Positions 30,572-46,114 of a stretch of DNA of 64,000 nucleotides are shown piece by piece; position 1 is the first letter of the stretch; the number at the start of each line of letters is the position of its first letter. Where the stretch lies: the NCBI RefSeq assembly GCF_009914755.1, contig NC_060928.1; one strand, given 5' to 3'. The position numbers and the translations under genes are program-made. The notes below the pieces were generated by a model, which did no database searches, was not told where the DNA came from, and saw nothing but the letters and a program-made list of their open reading frames with translations. The DNA comes from the human T2T-CHM13v2.0 reference genome, Homo sapiens.

Positions 30572-30776
30572 TAGGGACAGTCAAACTGTGACACATCAGC
30601 CAGATCTACCTATTGCCTGTTTTAGTAAAGTTGTATTGGAACACAGCCAACCCGTGCATTTTTGTATTTCCTATGGTTGCTTTTCTGCTACAACAGTAGA
30701 ATTGTTTAGTTCCAACATAGTCTGCAAGGCCTAAAATACTATCTGGCCCTTTATTGAAAAAGTTTGCTGACTACTG
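30572..30776 (+). mobile_element. MER58A (hAT-Charlie)
   Basis: 'gtaaagttgtattggaacacagcca...tatctggccctttattgaaaaagtttgctgac'; 8-bp TSD atttagtg/gtttaatg (6/8). Confidence 0.85.
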
Positions 30777-33458
30777 GTTTAATGTAAATTCTTGAAGTCA
30801 TGACCATCTGGGCTATGGAGAAATATCAAAATAAAAGATTTTTCTCTTCATAATAGAATGGTGGAAGATTCTGAGACATGCATGAAACAGCTGGTGTGGG
30901 GGGCTGCGTCAATGTGCCAGCAAACAGAACAAAAAATAACACAATGAGATAATGCACATGTATTAACTCATAGAGTCTTCATGATCTTTATATAAGTCAA
31001 TCGCCCATGTTCACAGATGTTGGTTCTAGCAGATCCAGGGTTCCATAGAGTCTGACTTCCTATGTAGAATCAGCCATATTCATCAGTAGCATAATCTATT
31101 GGAAGGTGACTCTCATGATGAGTTGTATGCTTTGAGAATGACACAGCTTCTGTAAATTGAATTCTTTTGGGGAGTGAAGGAGACAAGACACATTTATCTT
31201 GTGCAGAAAAATACAGATTCAATGGAATCAAACATTGGAAATAAAAGAGGAATGTGAGCTTCTTGGCCATTCATGGAGGTTTTGGTTTCTCACCGTATGT
31301 AACATGGGGATTTGATATTTAGTACTTAAATATTAAAAAGCACAGTGATATGGCATAGTAGGGCTTGAAGTCACAAAATTGGCTAGTATTTGATTTATTT
31401 TTTATGAATATAATAAGCTCTGTTTAGTTTAGCAATTAGTCCATTTACAAAAAACCAAAATGTCATGGTGGCACTGTATCTTATTTTTGCTTACTTTTCT
31501 TTAAAACTGGCAGCAAAATAATCTTTACATAGGAGATGACCACAAAAAAGAAACATCAACACAGTCCATGCCTCATAACAAGGGAAAAAATGGTTGTTGA
31601 ATCCAAGTACTAACAATGAGATAAGTAATATGAACATTTGCCAATCTGTATTGTTTAAAATAATTATACATTTATTAGAAAATGATTTTGCTGAAAATTT
31701 ATTAAAGACAAATAGAATGTGAAAAGCTATTTTCAAAACAATTTGAGACAAATAATTTAATAAATGTAATTTTGCATTGAATGATAATGCATTAATTTTT
31801 AAAAATTATTTCTTAGTTTAGTTGTATGTTAAATAGTCAATTTTGCTCTACCACAAGTGAAAATTAGGGGGAAAGTTGCACATATTCAAAAAAATTATTT
31901 TCTTCTTATTGTTTCTTTAGAGTCTGTAGATCAAAAAATGTATAGTCCATTGAGAGACTTGAGAATTAGGTTAAAGGCCTTTTGTATCCCCAAATATAAC
32001 TGATGAGGTATAGCAATTTTTAACCATCATCTAAAATTCTTATGTATAATGGCTTAATTTATTTTCATCATAATGCTTTCATGTAGAGCTACACATTTAT
32101 CTTACAGTCTTGAATAATTCTGATTTGGATTGAATACAGCACATATATTACATTGACTCTTTTTTAAATTATCTGAAATTGAAAAACAAAAGCAATTGTT
32201 ACAGTCTTAGACTTTGAAAATGTTACTTTAGCAATATGACATCGTTTAATGTTTTTCATTTATAGTCAATTAAGCTTTGATCTATGGTTTCTAAAAGATA
32301 TAAAGTCAAAGCAATTTACATAATTTGGATATTTTAATGTAATATATCTTGTTACTTACCAGGGAGGTTGTCACATTTGTCATCCCATTAATCCCTATAT
32401 CCTTACATAACCCTGTCAGGATTTCTTGTGGGCAAAAGATTTTTCCTTTGTCCTCACATTTTACTGTGTCCTTTTTGGAGCCCTTTCACTACCTTTGTTT
32501 GTTGCACCTCATCACTTTTTTGTTAGGGTACTGCACCAGAAACCCAGTGCTAAATTCCGATTGGCAGAGCTCAGTTCCTTGCTGGATGTTAATTCTCACT
32601 GCACTGGGGAACATTTCCCTATTGATAAACTTTAAGTATGCTACTGATGGGATTGGACAAAGAGAGAAATTATATTTTATAAAATAATGATGGAAGAAAT
32701 GCAGGAGAAAATTAGCAGGCCTTATTTTTTATATATTTCAATAACAAAACAGTTGAGCCCCCTACTCAATGTTTCCAATGAGACATAAGAGATTGTAGTA
32801 GGAGATCATTACTTTAAAAGATCTTTGCAAAAGAAGGAGAAACACAATTTCACCCCAGGTGATATGAGGGCCAGATGTTCCCACGGAAACTGATTATAAA
32901 TTAATCCATTATGATCTGCACTTTATAAGATAGAGTGTGGGATGGGAGTTTGGGGAACAGAACTCTTCAATCTTCAGACTTTTGAAGAAACTCTTAAAGA
33001 AACTTTACAAACAGTGGATGTAATACGTAAATTTGACTTCTTATTTTTCAGTAAAATATGAAAGGGACTATTTTGGGAAGCTTTTCTTTTAAATGTTTAT
33101 ATCTGCAGCTCTAATTCTTCATCTTATAAAACAAATCAATTAACTAATATAGATCACAAAATTAGTAAAGAAATCTTCAACGCATCATCAAGAATTCCAC
33201 TAAATCATAACAATCTAGTTTACTTTTATTCCCAGAATGGTTTCTGATAGAAAAAAGGTGCATTTTGCAAAAATACCGTAGGTTAAGCTTTGAGATTCTT
33301 AGTGAAGTTGTTCAAATTGCTAAATCTCTTCATTTTTGCTAATATTTCCCTCTCAATGCCAAACAAACTCTTTCTCTCCTCCACTAATATTCAAACTATT
33401 GTGTATTAGTCCATTCTCGCGTTGATGTAAATAACTACCTGAGACTGGGTAATTTAAT

Positions 33459-34356
<898 letters not shown>

Positions 34357-35429
34357 GAAAGAAAAGAGGTTTAATTGATTCACAGTTTCACAGGCGTACA
34401 GGAAGCATGGCTGGGGAGGCCTCAGGAAACTTACAATCATGGCAGAAGGCAAAGAGGAAGGAGTCACGTCTTACATGGTTGGAGCAGGAGAAAGAGAGAG
34501 GCGGGGGAGGTGCTACACTCTTTTCAACAACCAGATCTCATGAGAACTCAGTCACTATCACGAGAACGGCAAAGGGGAAGTCCGCCCGCATGATCCATAT
34601 CACTTCCCACCAGGCCCCCTCCTACAACATTCAGGATTACAATTCAACATGAGATTTGGGATGGGACACAGACCCAAATCATACCATATTGTAACAATTT
34701 AAACAGTAGTTGTATGAAAGAATGCTCTCATTGACTTTTCTTCTTCATTTAGCATTCAGGCTCAAACCAGTACAATCTGGATTTATCCTATACTGCTCAA
34801 TATTATCAATAGTTTCATTGTTGAATCTAGTCAATCCTCTTCAGAACATAGCTTACCAGTGCAGTATTTGATGTTTAGGGCAATGTTATTTATATTCTGC
34901 ATTATTGAAAAGTCATCTTCATTTTCATGGCATAACTCTGTCTGGGGATTTTTAAAATCTTTCTAGTTGCTCCTCCATTCCTAAATGAGCTATTTCTCTG
35001 TCTTGGCTTTTATATTTTGTGTTCTACAGAGACTGTTCTGTATATGGAAAAATTCTTCATTGTGTTCTAAGGTTCCTCATTTGCTCTAATAGCTTTGTCT
35101 GTATTTTCAGAAGAGACTTTTGCTTGAGTTCTATTCTTATTAGTAAACCCAACTTGCCTTCCAGGCATTTCCATATGAAATTCTTTAGAACACTTGTTAG
35201 TTTTTCAAATTTGTTAAAAACTAATCTTATTATACCCCCAGAAAACATATATCTATTTTCTTCATCTCAGAAAAATGTGCTTGTAACTATGGCTCTTCAG
35301 TCTAAAATGAACCCTTTGATGTTATTGGTGTCAGTAAAGGCCAAGAAAAGCAGTCAAAGCAAAAATCTTCCAAACTTGCTAAAATCTACCAAACTTGCTA
35401 AAAAATCCAATTCACAAGGCTTCAACAGC

Positions 35430-35767
35430 AAGAAAATAAGTTTTCATATCTTCTAGTCTGGTACCACTTAGCAGTAATTATATCTAACAAGTGAGGCACC
35501 ATTTAAGCATGATCATTCTGTTTGCTTAAAATAACTATGATCCTGTGCATGTAAACACAAAATAAGGCTGTACCACCCATGAAAGTCCTGGCCTCATGAG
35601 CTTTGTGTAACAAATGCCTGTGGGCCCCACATCAAGTATCGCCTTTGATTTCATCAGCAGCTACGTGGACAGCTCTGTGCAATATCTGTTCAATCAATTC
35701 TCTATATTGCATTCAACCTGCTGAAATAATGTGTGAATCTGTTTCCTGCCTGACTTTAACTGACACA
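35430..35767 (+). mobile_element. Possible old ERVL-type LTR fragment
   Basis: Ends 'gaatctgtttcctgcctgactttaactgacaca', resembling ERVL LTR 3' ends; 5' boundary uncertain. Confidence 0.35.
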
Positions 35768-37982
35768 ACCAGCAAAGAAATAAAATAATGGTACACACGA
35801 GGTCAGGAATAATGCTAGAATGTGTGTGTCTGACTTCTCAGGGTACTTCTTATATTTTACAGGGCACACCTGAAGCTCTAGTGGTATATGGAATTCACCA
35901 AGTAGAAAAGAATAAAGGCATCGCTCATGCTTTACCATGTATTAGACTGGGTCAGGAGGTGGGATGTGTGTATATCTATCAGTACACAAAGGCTCACGTA
36001 CTACAATATAGGAATTTGTCAACTCCCCCCAGCTATATAATCAAGTTCAATTTCTTGCAGCATTAATGAGCCTTTCTCTAAAAGCCTATGTAAGCCTGGC
36101 CATCCCCCATGTCAGCCTGTATGGTGTGGCATATTTCTCCACACTTACCTACTCCTGACCTCTCTCAGTAGTCTAGCAATAATGCTTTATGACTATTCTC
36201 CAAATTTGTTAAAATTTGTACTGCATTAGAGATTTTGCACAAGCTATTTTATTTGCAAACATTGACTAGTCTTCCACCTTCAAAACTTTCATAGTGATCG
36301 TCCCTGTTTTCTACCTGACTAACTCACTCCTGTTTTTCAGGGAACGATATGTCTTCAAGAAAGCATTTCCTACTTCCCACTCTCTCCCAGCAGTCTAGAC
36401 AAATTTCTCTGGTTATAGAGAAATTTACATCATATACATCATCTACTACATATACATTACATCTAATACATCATATACTATCATACCATATATACCAAAT
36501 AGTTTTTGTTTATATCAATATAAGTAAATTATTATAAATTTGAAAAGAGCCTACATTTTATCTGTACCATCAGCTTTTTAAAAAAATACGTTTTGTGAAC
36601 TCTACTTCTCTTAAGCCATATAAATACTCCTTCATTCTCTTAAAGTTCCGTTCCACTTGTTTTTGTAAAGGCTAAACTCACATGATTCCATCCTAATTCA
36701 GAGTTACTATTTTAAAACCAAATTTCATCTTGTAGAAAATATTTATTTCAGATCTGTTTCTTCTATCTTGGAAACAGTGATGGTTTCAATCTCTTTTCTT
36801 AGATAAAGAAGTACCAACCTGACTAAAGATGACTTATTTTTAATTTCAAGCCCTGCAGGCACAAACACTATCCCTAGACACTTCATACTGTCTTCCTCAC
36901 ACTAGAGCTCTCAAACAACCTTCCCTCAGAATAAGTCCTATCTTTATCAAATAGCAAAGATATTTTTGACTAAATTCAACACTCTAAATTAGATTGGCAA
37001 TTTATTTTAGAATCAACTAGTGGCCTAGGTTTATCTTTTCTTCTGAAGACAAATTTTTACCTCTAAAAACACAACTTATACATTTTCAGAAGGGTAGAAA
37101 AGAAGGAAAAGAAAAAGTTAGTAAACACCATCTCCCAGTTGTACTGATAACATCTCTGCCTCTCAGAGTGCATTTTGATTATAACTCATTCCCTACATAC
37201 ACCAACATATCAACTCAGATTAGCACCGAGATCTTTTCTTGCAGCTGGCATGTAATAAATACAACTTAGCAGTAACTAGACAACAGTTCTGAATCATCAC
37301 ACCAACAAGGGCCTTCCCTTCCACAGGGATGTTTTATTGTATCACCACCCATGAAATCTTTACCAATGGGCACCATTTGGGGCCAGGTTCCATTTTGCCC
37401 CACTTAGCACTCAGGATTATGCTCAATTCAGCTACCAAATGTGAGTTAACTAATCTCATATTACCATCTGTTTTCTCGCACCATCCCAGTGCCAACTGCA
37501 TCAGCATTCACAAAGTGATGCAAGACTCTCACAGGTAGGAAAAGAAAAGTAAGAAAGGAGGATTAGATAAGAAGGGTCAGAGATTGCTGCATAGTTCCAA
37601 TAAAGGTGAGACCAGGCCAATGGGCAGTACTTGAACAAAACTTGCCCATTGAAGTCCCACCTGTCACCTTATTGCCTTGACTTTATTACCTTTAGTGTCA
37701 GTTATTTGCTGGGAGCACCCTTTTGTAAACATGGTCTCAATATAAACCCTTTAGTGGATCCAGAGGGGCAGCCCCTCATGTTAACAATCTTTGCAGTGCA
37801 CACTAATCTAATTCCAATCTTCTTCAATCATTCCATAAAACCAACCTTTTGACTAGGTCATCTATAACCTCCATCTTGCTATATCCAATGGTATTTTACC
37901 ATTTGGCCATGCACCAAGCATTGGACAATACTCCTGTCAGTTAGTTCCTTGATAAACTCTCTTTCCTTTACTGACACCAACG

Positions 37983-38484
37983 TTTTTTTTTAATTGAATT
38001 GTACATTTTTTTAAATTTTATTATTATTATACTTTAAGTTTTGGGGTACATGTGCACAATGTGCAGGTTAGTTACATATGTATACATGTGCCATGCTGGT
38101 GTGCTGCACCCATTAACTCGTCATTTAGCATTAGGTATATTTCCTAAAGCTATCCCTCCCCCCTCCCCCCACCCCACAATGGTTCCCAGAGTGTGATGGT
38201 CCCCTTCCTGTGTCCATGTGTTCTCATTGTTCAATTCCCACCTATGAGTGAGAACATGCGGTGTTTGGTTTTTTGTCCTTGCGATAGTTTACTGAGAATG
38301 ATGATTTCCAATTTCATCCATGTCCCTACAAAGGACATGAACTCATCATTTTTTATGGCTGCATAGTATTCCATGGTGTATATCTGCCACATTTTCTTAA
38401 TCCAGTCTATCCTTGTTGGACATTTGGGTTGGTTCCAAGTCTTTGCTACTGTGAATAGTGCCGCAATAAACATACGTGTGCATG
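37983..38484 (-). mobile_element. Young 5'-truncated L1PA2/3-like element
   Basis: Near-consensus 3' UTR; TSD tactgacaccaac(g/a)ttttt at 37969-37987 / 38485-38503; ORF 38231-38473 is the ORF2 C-terminus. Confidence 0.95.
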
Positions 38485-38824
38485 TACTGACACCAACATT
38501 TTTAAATTATCACTTTCCTTTCTGGCTGCTTCATATGTCTCTCATTTGCATGCTCATCCTCTTCTAGTCAGCTACTAAATATTTCACTTTTTCAAACAGG
38601 TGGAAGTTCTTTATTCATCACACTGTGTAGATTTTTTGTAGGTTGACAGTATCTATTTCCAAGCTTTCAGTTTCTACTTATATGCATGTGACTTTCAAGT
38701 TTATATATCCAGCTCAGATACCTCCTCTGTACTTTAGGCTTGTATATCCAACCACTCCTTGACATTTTATCAATGTTGAAACACATTTCAAAGCCAACAA
38801 ATTAATACTAAATTTATGGACTTC

Positions 38825-39208
38825 TGTATTAGTCTGTTCTTGCATTGCTATAAAGAACTGCCTGAGACTGGGTAATTTATAAAGAAAACAGGTTAAATGG
38901 ACTCACAGTTCGACAGACTGTGTAGGAAAGACGGCTGGGAAGGCCTCAGGAAACTTACAATCATGGCAGAAGGCAAAGGGGAAGCAGGCACTTCTTACAT
39001 GGCCAGAGAAGGAGAAAGAAAGAGCAGGGAGAGGTGCTACACACTTTTAAACAACCAGATCCCATGAGAACTCACTCACTATCACAAGAACAGCAAGGGG
39101 GAAATCCACCTCCATGTTCCATACACCTCCCAGCAGGCCCCTTCTCCAATACTGCGGATTACAATTCGACATAAGGTTTGAGTGGGGACACAAATGCAAA
39201 TTGTATCA
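38825..39208 (-). mobile_element. MSTA-type MaLR solo LTR
   Basis: tgtattagtc...gtatca; perfect 5-bp TSD acttc (38820-38824 / 39209-39213); sits within L2 debris. Confidence 0.93.
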
Positions 39209-41391
39209 ACTTCCAACTTTCCAACACCAAGAGGATATTCCTTCCAGGATATCCTGTTACAAGAAATGGCTTCATCATCCTTCCAATAGCATAAGCAATA
39301 AAACCCAAGACATCCAGATCAAGTCCCTCTCTCACACATCCTCAAGTTCATTTATCGCTCAATTTTGTAGAATTTGACACATAAATATCCTTAGAAACTA
39401 TCCACATTACTCTCCTCTTCACCTAAATAACGCCATTCAATTTGTAATACCTTGGTACAAACAGACTTCCCCATGGAAGCCTTCCCTGATATCCCAAATA
39501 AGATAAAAACTCTAATGAATCTTCAAAATGCTCTTTACATAAACAGTTTTAAAGTGGCCCTTAGCATTAGTTGATTAATAACTAACTCTCCCACCATATC
39601 AAAAAAAATTCCATATGCTCAGAAAAGTTGTCAGTATTTGCCTTATGTCCCTAACATTTATTTTTCAACATATGACCAACTGCTTAGGTTTATGATACTA
39701 AATGTAATCCTAAATCACCAAATATATTCATAAATTTCAATACTGAAAATCACTGAAACTGAACTGTATGAACAAATGTATAAAAGCGTCACTGAGAAGC
39801 AAAAATAATCTACCCATAATGTGTATGATAACAACTTCAACATTTTACAAGTTTTAATTATTTTGGGTGTTTTTTTGTCTGTAAATGCTAGAAAGTTATA
39901 AATAAACATGATAACTAAATGTATAAAGAAAATGAGAAATTTAACTAAATATGATATACAACTACCAGCAGTATAAGTAAGCTAATCATTTTGTGTGTGC
40001 ATGTTTTTGTATGTGTGTATATGGGAGAGTTTAGTCTATATGACACTGTAACCAGATTCAATTGGTTTGTTTATTAGATTTTGGTAATAGAATCGATATT
40101 TTCCTCTTGAATTTAATTGTGAATTATATGTGAAGGAGATTTAGGACATTAGCTAGTTTCTCAAAGCCGATTACAAGTTAACTTATTCACAGCTACACTT
40201 AACCACATAGCAAGTAGTTTTGTTGTTGGCTTTTAAGTTGTAGCTTTTCTTAGGAGAAATACTTTAACTTACAGATCTTCTACCATCTGGTTGTGAACCC
40301 TAATAGCAGATGTCCTCTGTCTAGCATCCTGAGGTCACACCACTGTATGTTTCCTATTTGTTGCCTGTTGGGTGAGATAGTTTGATCTTGTGTTTGAGGG
40401 TAGAAATCCCTGAATTGCGAGAATCTGTAAAAGGATCAATGTTTCCTGAGAAAAGATCAATCTAATTTCACACCTATAGAAGCAATATTCTAAAATAATG
40501 AAATAAGGGATGTTTTCCAAAATAGGTTATCCACTTTCTTTCCAGTGAGAGCAACTTATCACTTTATAATAGAGATGGGAAATTTGTGAGTAATAGCAAA
40601 TAAAATTTTCCCATACTCCACCTGGAAATGCAGAAGATTCATTCTCATGGGGTGTGAAAGGGTTGACAATATGTATTTGTTGTCTTAGCTGCAGGATTAT
40701 TTAAAGTTTGAAAAGCCTCTAAGCTCCTGAGGTAGAAACTTTGTAACTATAGCCCTATGACGACAGTATAACTAGTTGAAAAGTATTGCATTCAATCTGA
40801 AGAGGTATTTGGCATCATTTTGACAATAACAGGTTGTTTGCCTGAATTCAACTTTATTTTACTGATCTAAGTATGACAGGTTCTTGTGTGTTCAGATGGC
40901 CAGAAATATATAATTAGAGAAAAGATTTTATGGCAACCAGAAACTTACTTAAATTTGTTTCTATTTTATATCATGAATTGAAAATCACTTCTGCATAAGA
41001 TGTTTGTAGAGATGACCATAGATTACCTTTCCTTCAGGAAATGACTTTCTTCAAGGTCAGAAATGATCACTTTGTCAATGACCTAAATGAATAGTACTGA
41101 CCATCCTACTATATGCGATGCAGTTGACCTCTCCATTCTACTGTAAACAAACCCACAAACTTGTGTTTCTATGAAGCGGCCCTGCCTTGATTCTTCTTTG
41201 ATGCTTCTTGCCTTCAGTGAAACTTGTTTTTCGTTTCCTGGCCCTTTGACACTGGTTTTTCTTGGAGATCTGTGGTCTGTGCTCTACTCCATCATCACTT
41301 CATATGTTCTCCATGAGCAATAAAATATAATACAATATGTATTTATAATATTAATATAATGTTTTTAAAAACATGCCTTTCATCCTGTGCT

Positions 41392-41830
41392 CTTTTTAAA
41401 AAAATCTTATTGAAATAAAATATGCATACAATAAAGTATACAAATCTTATGTATAAAGCTTACTTAATTTCTACTTAATATGAACCTGATGTAAATACTT
41501 CAATGTTAAGATGTAACAGATCTCCAGACTCTTAAAAGCATACTCTCTGCCTCTTCCAAGTCAGTACTCCCCAAAGTAACCACTATTTTGACTTCTGTCT
41601 AAACAAATTAGTTTTGCTAGAGACTTTCAAACATGATATGAAAAGAATCCTATGATACGTACAATTTTTAGCCTGGCTTTTTCTGTTCATCACTACATCT
41701 GTGGGATATACCCATATAGTTTTGTAGAGCAGTAGCTCTTTAATTTTTCATTGCTGAGTAACATTTCATTGTTTGAAGATTTATAGACTTTATATATCCT
41801 TTCTCCTGTTAGTGGGCATTTGGGTTGTAT
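41392..41830 (-). mobile_element. Old L1M (MC/ME-type) 3' fragment
   Basis: 'tattgaaataaaatatgcatacaataaagtatacaaatctta...ccaaagtaaccactattttgacttct'. Confidence 0.75.
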
Positions 41831-41834
41831 ATGA

Positions 41835-42190
41835 GTAATCAATTACTATGCAATATATTACTCCAATATATAGCAGCTGAAACATTTATTATCTCACAGT
41901 TTCTATGGTGTAGGAATCTAGGAGTGGCTTAGCTGAGTTGTTGTGGCTTGGGGTCCCTCATGATCTTGCCATAATCTGTCAGCCAGGGCTTCAGTCATCT
42001 CAAGATTTGACTGAAGCTGAGGGGTCCACATTCAAGCTCCCTCACGTGCTTGTTGGGACAGGCTTCACTTCCTTTCTGGCTATTAGCTACAGCCTCCAGT
42101 TCATCACCACAAGGCTCCCATCCTAAGGTTACTTACAATATGTCAGCTTGCTTCCTGCAGAGATAATAATCCAAGAGGGAGAGAAAGCAT
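41835..42190 (-). mobile_element. MLT1 (F/G/H-type) LTR fragment
   Basis: 'catttattatctcacagtttctatggtgtaggaatctaggagtggcttagctg'. Confidence 0.75.
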
Positions 42191-42906
42191 GAGAATCTTC
42201 AGCGATGTGGATTTTATTTTTAATTTACTGATTTTAAAATTATACATAGTTTTAGGCTTTTTCTCAAAGTTATATATAAAATTCTCTAAGTTTATCAATT
42301 ATTCTCCATTAGGTGTTATGCAAAAATCATCGTTTTCTTTCTTGTATCAAAATGTTAAAAACCATTTGGACTGTCCTTAATTTGATTCTTCCATAGTATC
42401 CTCTCCATTTTCTACCTCTATGCTCAGTAATTTTCATTTTTTGAAGGGGTTAGTCTCGCTTTGGATTTGCGGACCCAAACCATGTTCAATGCCTTTCCCC
42501 TGATACCTGTCCCAGGATTTTCCTGAAGCAATCCTACTCGTCATTGAATTTCAAGATTAAGTGACACGATGGCTGAGTGGCAGTTCTGAAAGGTCCGTAT
42601 AATGTTGGGGACGGCATTATAATTCAGGGTGGGGTTAGGAGTTTGGAGCTGTATTTATAAAACACAATACAAAAGATTAAACAGACAAGAATTATTTTTG
42701 TTAAAATTTGGCAGTTAGTAAAGGACCATGCTGCTGTACTTCAACCACCTCCTGACACTATCCCTTCTCCTTCAAAAAGCCTTAGCAGGCTACCTATATC
42801 TAGGTATTTTTCTTAAATTTTCTGATAGTACTCTGCATTCTCCTTCTCTCAGAGCTCTTATCACACTGTATTTTAGTTGCATATTTAATGTCTATTCCTC
42901 ACACTA

Positions 42907-43180
42907 ATTTTTTTTTTTTTCTTGAGACGGAGTCTTGCTCTGTCTCCCAGTCTGGAGTGCAGTGGCACGAACTCTGCTCACTGCAACCTCCACCTCCCGG
43001 GTTCAAGCAATTCTCTGCCTCAGCCTCTGGAGTAGCTGGGATTACAGGCGCCCACCACCACACCCGGCTAATTTTTGTATTTTTGGTAGAGATGGGGTTT
43101 CATCATCTTGGCCAAGCTGGTCTTGAACTCCTGACCTCAGGTGATCCGCCTGCCTCAGCCTCCCAAAGTGCTAGAATTAC
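42907..43180 (-). mobile_element. AluSx-like, slightly 5' truncated, inserted in L2
   Basis: Poly-T then gagacggagtcttgctc...cctcccaaagtgctagaattac; short TSD actaa(a)tttt. Confidence 0.92.
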
Positions 43181-44892
43181 TAAATTTTAAGCTCTATGAG
43201 AACTCATCCTATAACTGCCCTTAATATTGTTTACCACAAACTCTCATTGTAGTATTTTGTATGTAATAAATGCTTCATATATTTGATGTGAATAATGGTT
43301 AATGGCTTCAAAGTTTTGATAATTTCAGCCGCTAATGATAATTGCCTCGGAATATGCATATTATACACATACATATATAAACACACAACAGCTGCTAATG
43401 AAGTAAATATGTGAAAAAGTGTGAATAACAGCATAACAGTTCAGTTTGATTTCTGACCAGTATTCCATGACAAATCAAGTTAATGTTATGTTTTAATATA
43501 ATTTCAGTGTGATTTCAGGCCCTAAAGTTAAAGATTTGTGACTTCAGTGAATTCAATTACAAAGATGAAAGTTATTAATCCACTCAAAATGGTAAAAGTC
43601 TAATAATTAATTAGCTAACAACATTAACACAATTAAGCAAATTTATTTGATTAGTATATGAGACATTTTATGCTTTCCAAAAAGTGTCTATTTTGCTTAC
43701 ATTTCTTTTTACGGTCAGATTTGCCCAGTTTAAGTTGTCATTTCCTGAACAGATATTTCAAAATAGAGAAAATGCAGTGTATTGTTTCAGTGATACAATT
43801 GCGGTAATAGTGAAAAAAAAAAAAGGAAGTGACAATGAGACTCTATAGCAAAACTGTACTATACTATTAGATATAAAGCAAACAAATAAAGGTTTATATA
43901 GCAGGTTTTTTAATCTAAACACAGATTTATGATATATTTTATATATTTATGATAGATTCAACCAGAAAGATAAACAGTACATAAGGAGAACTAATATCCC
44001 CAAATGAGAATCCTAAAGTCAGGTAAATTAAATAAAACCTCAATGATTATGAAGACTTTAATACAGAATCTGCATCTCTATTTCTACTGGAATAAAGATG
44101 TTCATTGTGCCTTTTATGTAGATTTTTCAAAAATCCTTTTCTGCGTTGTATTTTTTAAAGAAATTGATATGGTGTCTATAGTTATAAAGAATGTGTATTC
44201 AAATAATCACAGTATCTCTAAATGTTTTAATATTAATTACAATGTAATTCCTATGTAAACATTTCTTACTCTCTAAGGAAACTCCTTTGCTAGTGCTGTA
44301 TTAAAACTATGTCAGAGTTTGCCAATTTAAATTTCAAGAGGTTTTAAAAATTCAACAAGATTGAATAACAAACATGTGGCATGAACAGTACATTGATGCC
44401 TCAGACATTGTTTACTTGACTCAGAGATTAGCACTTATTCATATTTAGAATTATTAATGTCTTTAATGTCAGCTAAACCCAAGTACTGAAGGACATCATC
44501 AAACACTAGAAGTAAAAGCTGATATTACTAACTTTAAACATCTGTTTTTTTAATTCAAAAACCTTATGTCTTTGTCTCCTAGTCTTTAATCCTAATATTC
44601 ATAGAACTTCATGTCATCCCACAACCAATTGCTCTTACTGGAAGCTTTTTTCTTGTAGAGTTTTTGCTATTCTAGAGAGAATACACTTCAACTAATCAAA
44701 TCTCTTCACCCTCTCAGTTTTTATTTCCATCTTGGAAATCTTAATGAGACAAATTGTGGTATTTCATTATGTCATGACAAAATTTATGTTTCCCCATTAG
44801 ACAATGTAATTTTATGAACAGAGTAGTTGGGGTTCCATGAAATTTCAACATAATATCAGCTTGGAAGGGATATTCCCCAATATACAGACTGA

Positions 44893-45197
44893 TTTTTTTT
44901 TTTTTTTTTTTTTTTTTGAGAAGGAGTCTTGCTCTGTCGCCCAGGCTGGAGTGCAGTGGTGCGAACTCTGCTCACTGCAAGCTCTGCTTTCCAGATTCAC
45001 GCTATTCTCCTACCTCAGCCTCCTGAGTTGCTGGGACTACAGGCGCCCGCCTCCACGCCCGGCTGATTTTTGTGTTTTTAGTAGAGACGGGGTTTCACCG
45101 TGTTAGCCAGGATGGTCTCGATCTCTTGACCTCGTGATCCTCCCGCCTCGGCCTCCCAAAGTGCTGGGATTACAGGCGTGAGCCACTGCGCCCGGCC
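44893..45197 (-). mobile_element. AluY, inserted in a MIR
   Basis: 'gcaagctc', 'ttcaccgtgttagccaggatggtctcgatctc' diagnostics; long T tail; TSD cagactg. Confidence 0.95.
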
Positions 45198-45423
45198 CAG
45201 ACTGGTCTTTTTTACACATAAGAGAAAACCGAGGCCCAGAAATTTCAAGCGAGTCACTTAATCACGAGGTAAACTAGCAATGAAACTATGACTGGAACAA
45301 TCTCTTTCCAGACTCAAACAATCTCTTTCTTTCTTTTTTTCAATATGGCCCATTTGTTTACCTTTGGAAGGTTCTCATTTTATGGCTCTGGTGTTTCCTA
45401 TTATTTACACAAAAAGAAATCAT

Positions 45424-45724
45424 AGCCAGGTGCAGTGGCTCAGGGCTGCCTGTAATCTCAGCATTTAGGGAGGCAGAAGTGGGAGGATCACCTGAGGTCA
45501 GGAGTTCGAAACCAGCCTGGCCAACATGGTGAAACACATCTCTAATAAAAATACAAAAATTAGCTGGAAATGGTGGCATGTGCCTGTAATCCCAGGTATG
45601 TGGCAGGCTGTGGAAGGAGAATCACTTGAGCCTGAGATGCGGAGTTTGCAGTGAGCTAAGATCACGCCACTTCACTCGAGCCTGGGCAACAAGAGGGAAA
45701 TTCTGTCAGAAAAAAAAAAAAAAA
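45424..45724 (+). mobile_element. AluSx-like
   Basis: 'gccaggtgcagtggctca...cacctgaggtcaggagttcg'; A tail; TSD-like tcatag. Confidence 0.92.
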
Positions 45725-46114
45725 GTCATAGAACTGTAATTCAAGGTAAGCAATAGAGATCCCCTAATATATTGTTTACAAGGTCGTTCTTTTGGTTATT
45801 CAGTAATCTCCATCAAACTTACTCCAAAGAGATAAATTTGGGAGAGTTTACTATATTAAAGAGTCTTTCTAAATCAAATGTAGAGGATCATGTACCACCT
45901 GTGAAAGCATGGCTTATTGCAACCACTTTGGTGTACAGCATGATCGTCAGAGTAAATTTAAAAGAAATATATTCCACAACTCCAACTCTAGGTGTTTATC
46001 ATGATTGCATAAATATGCAGTAAAAAATAGAAGCAGTTGATTTATAGGATATTTATGAAATAACTTATGGTACATTTGATAAATGGAATGCTATACACTT
46101 ACTTAAAACAAGCT

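Noticed and set aside
32349-32687. 112-aa ORF / possible exon
   Set aside because: Non-ATG start and no recognisable homology.
35019-35456. 145-aa ORF
   Set aside because: Non-ATG start, AT-biased composition, overlaps probable L2/LTR debris and a 19-bp tandem duplication.
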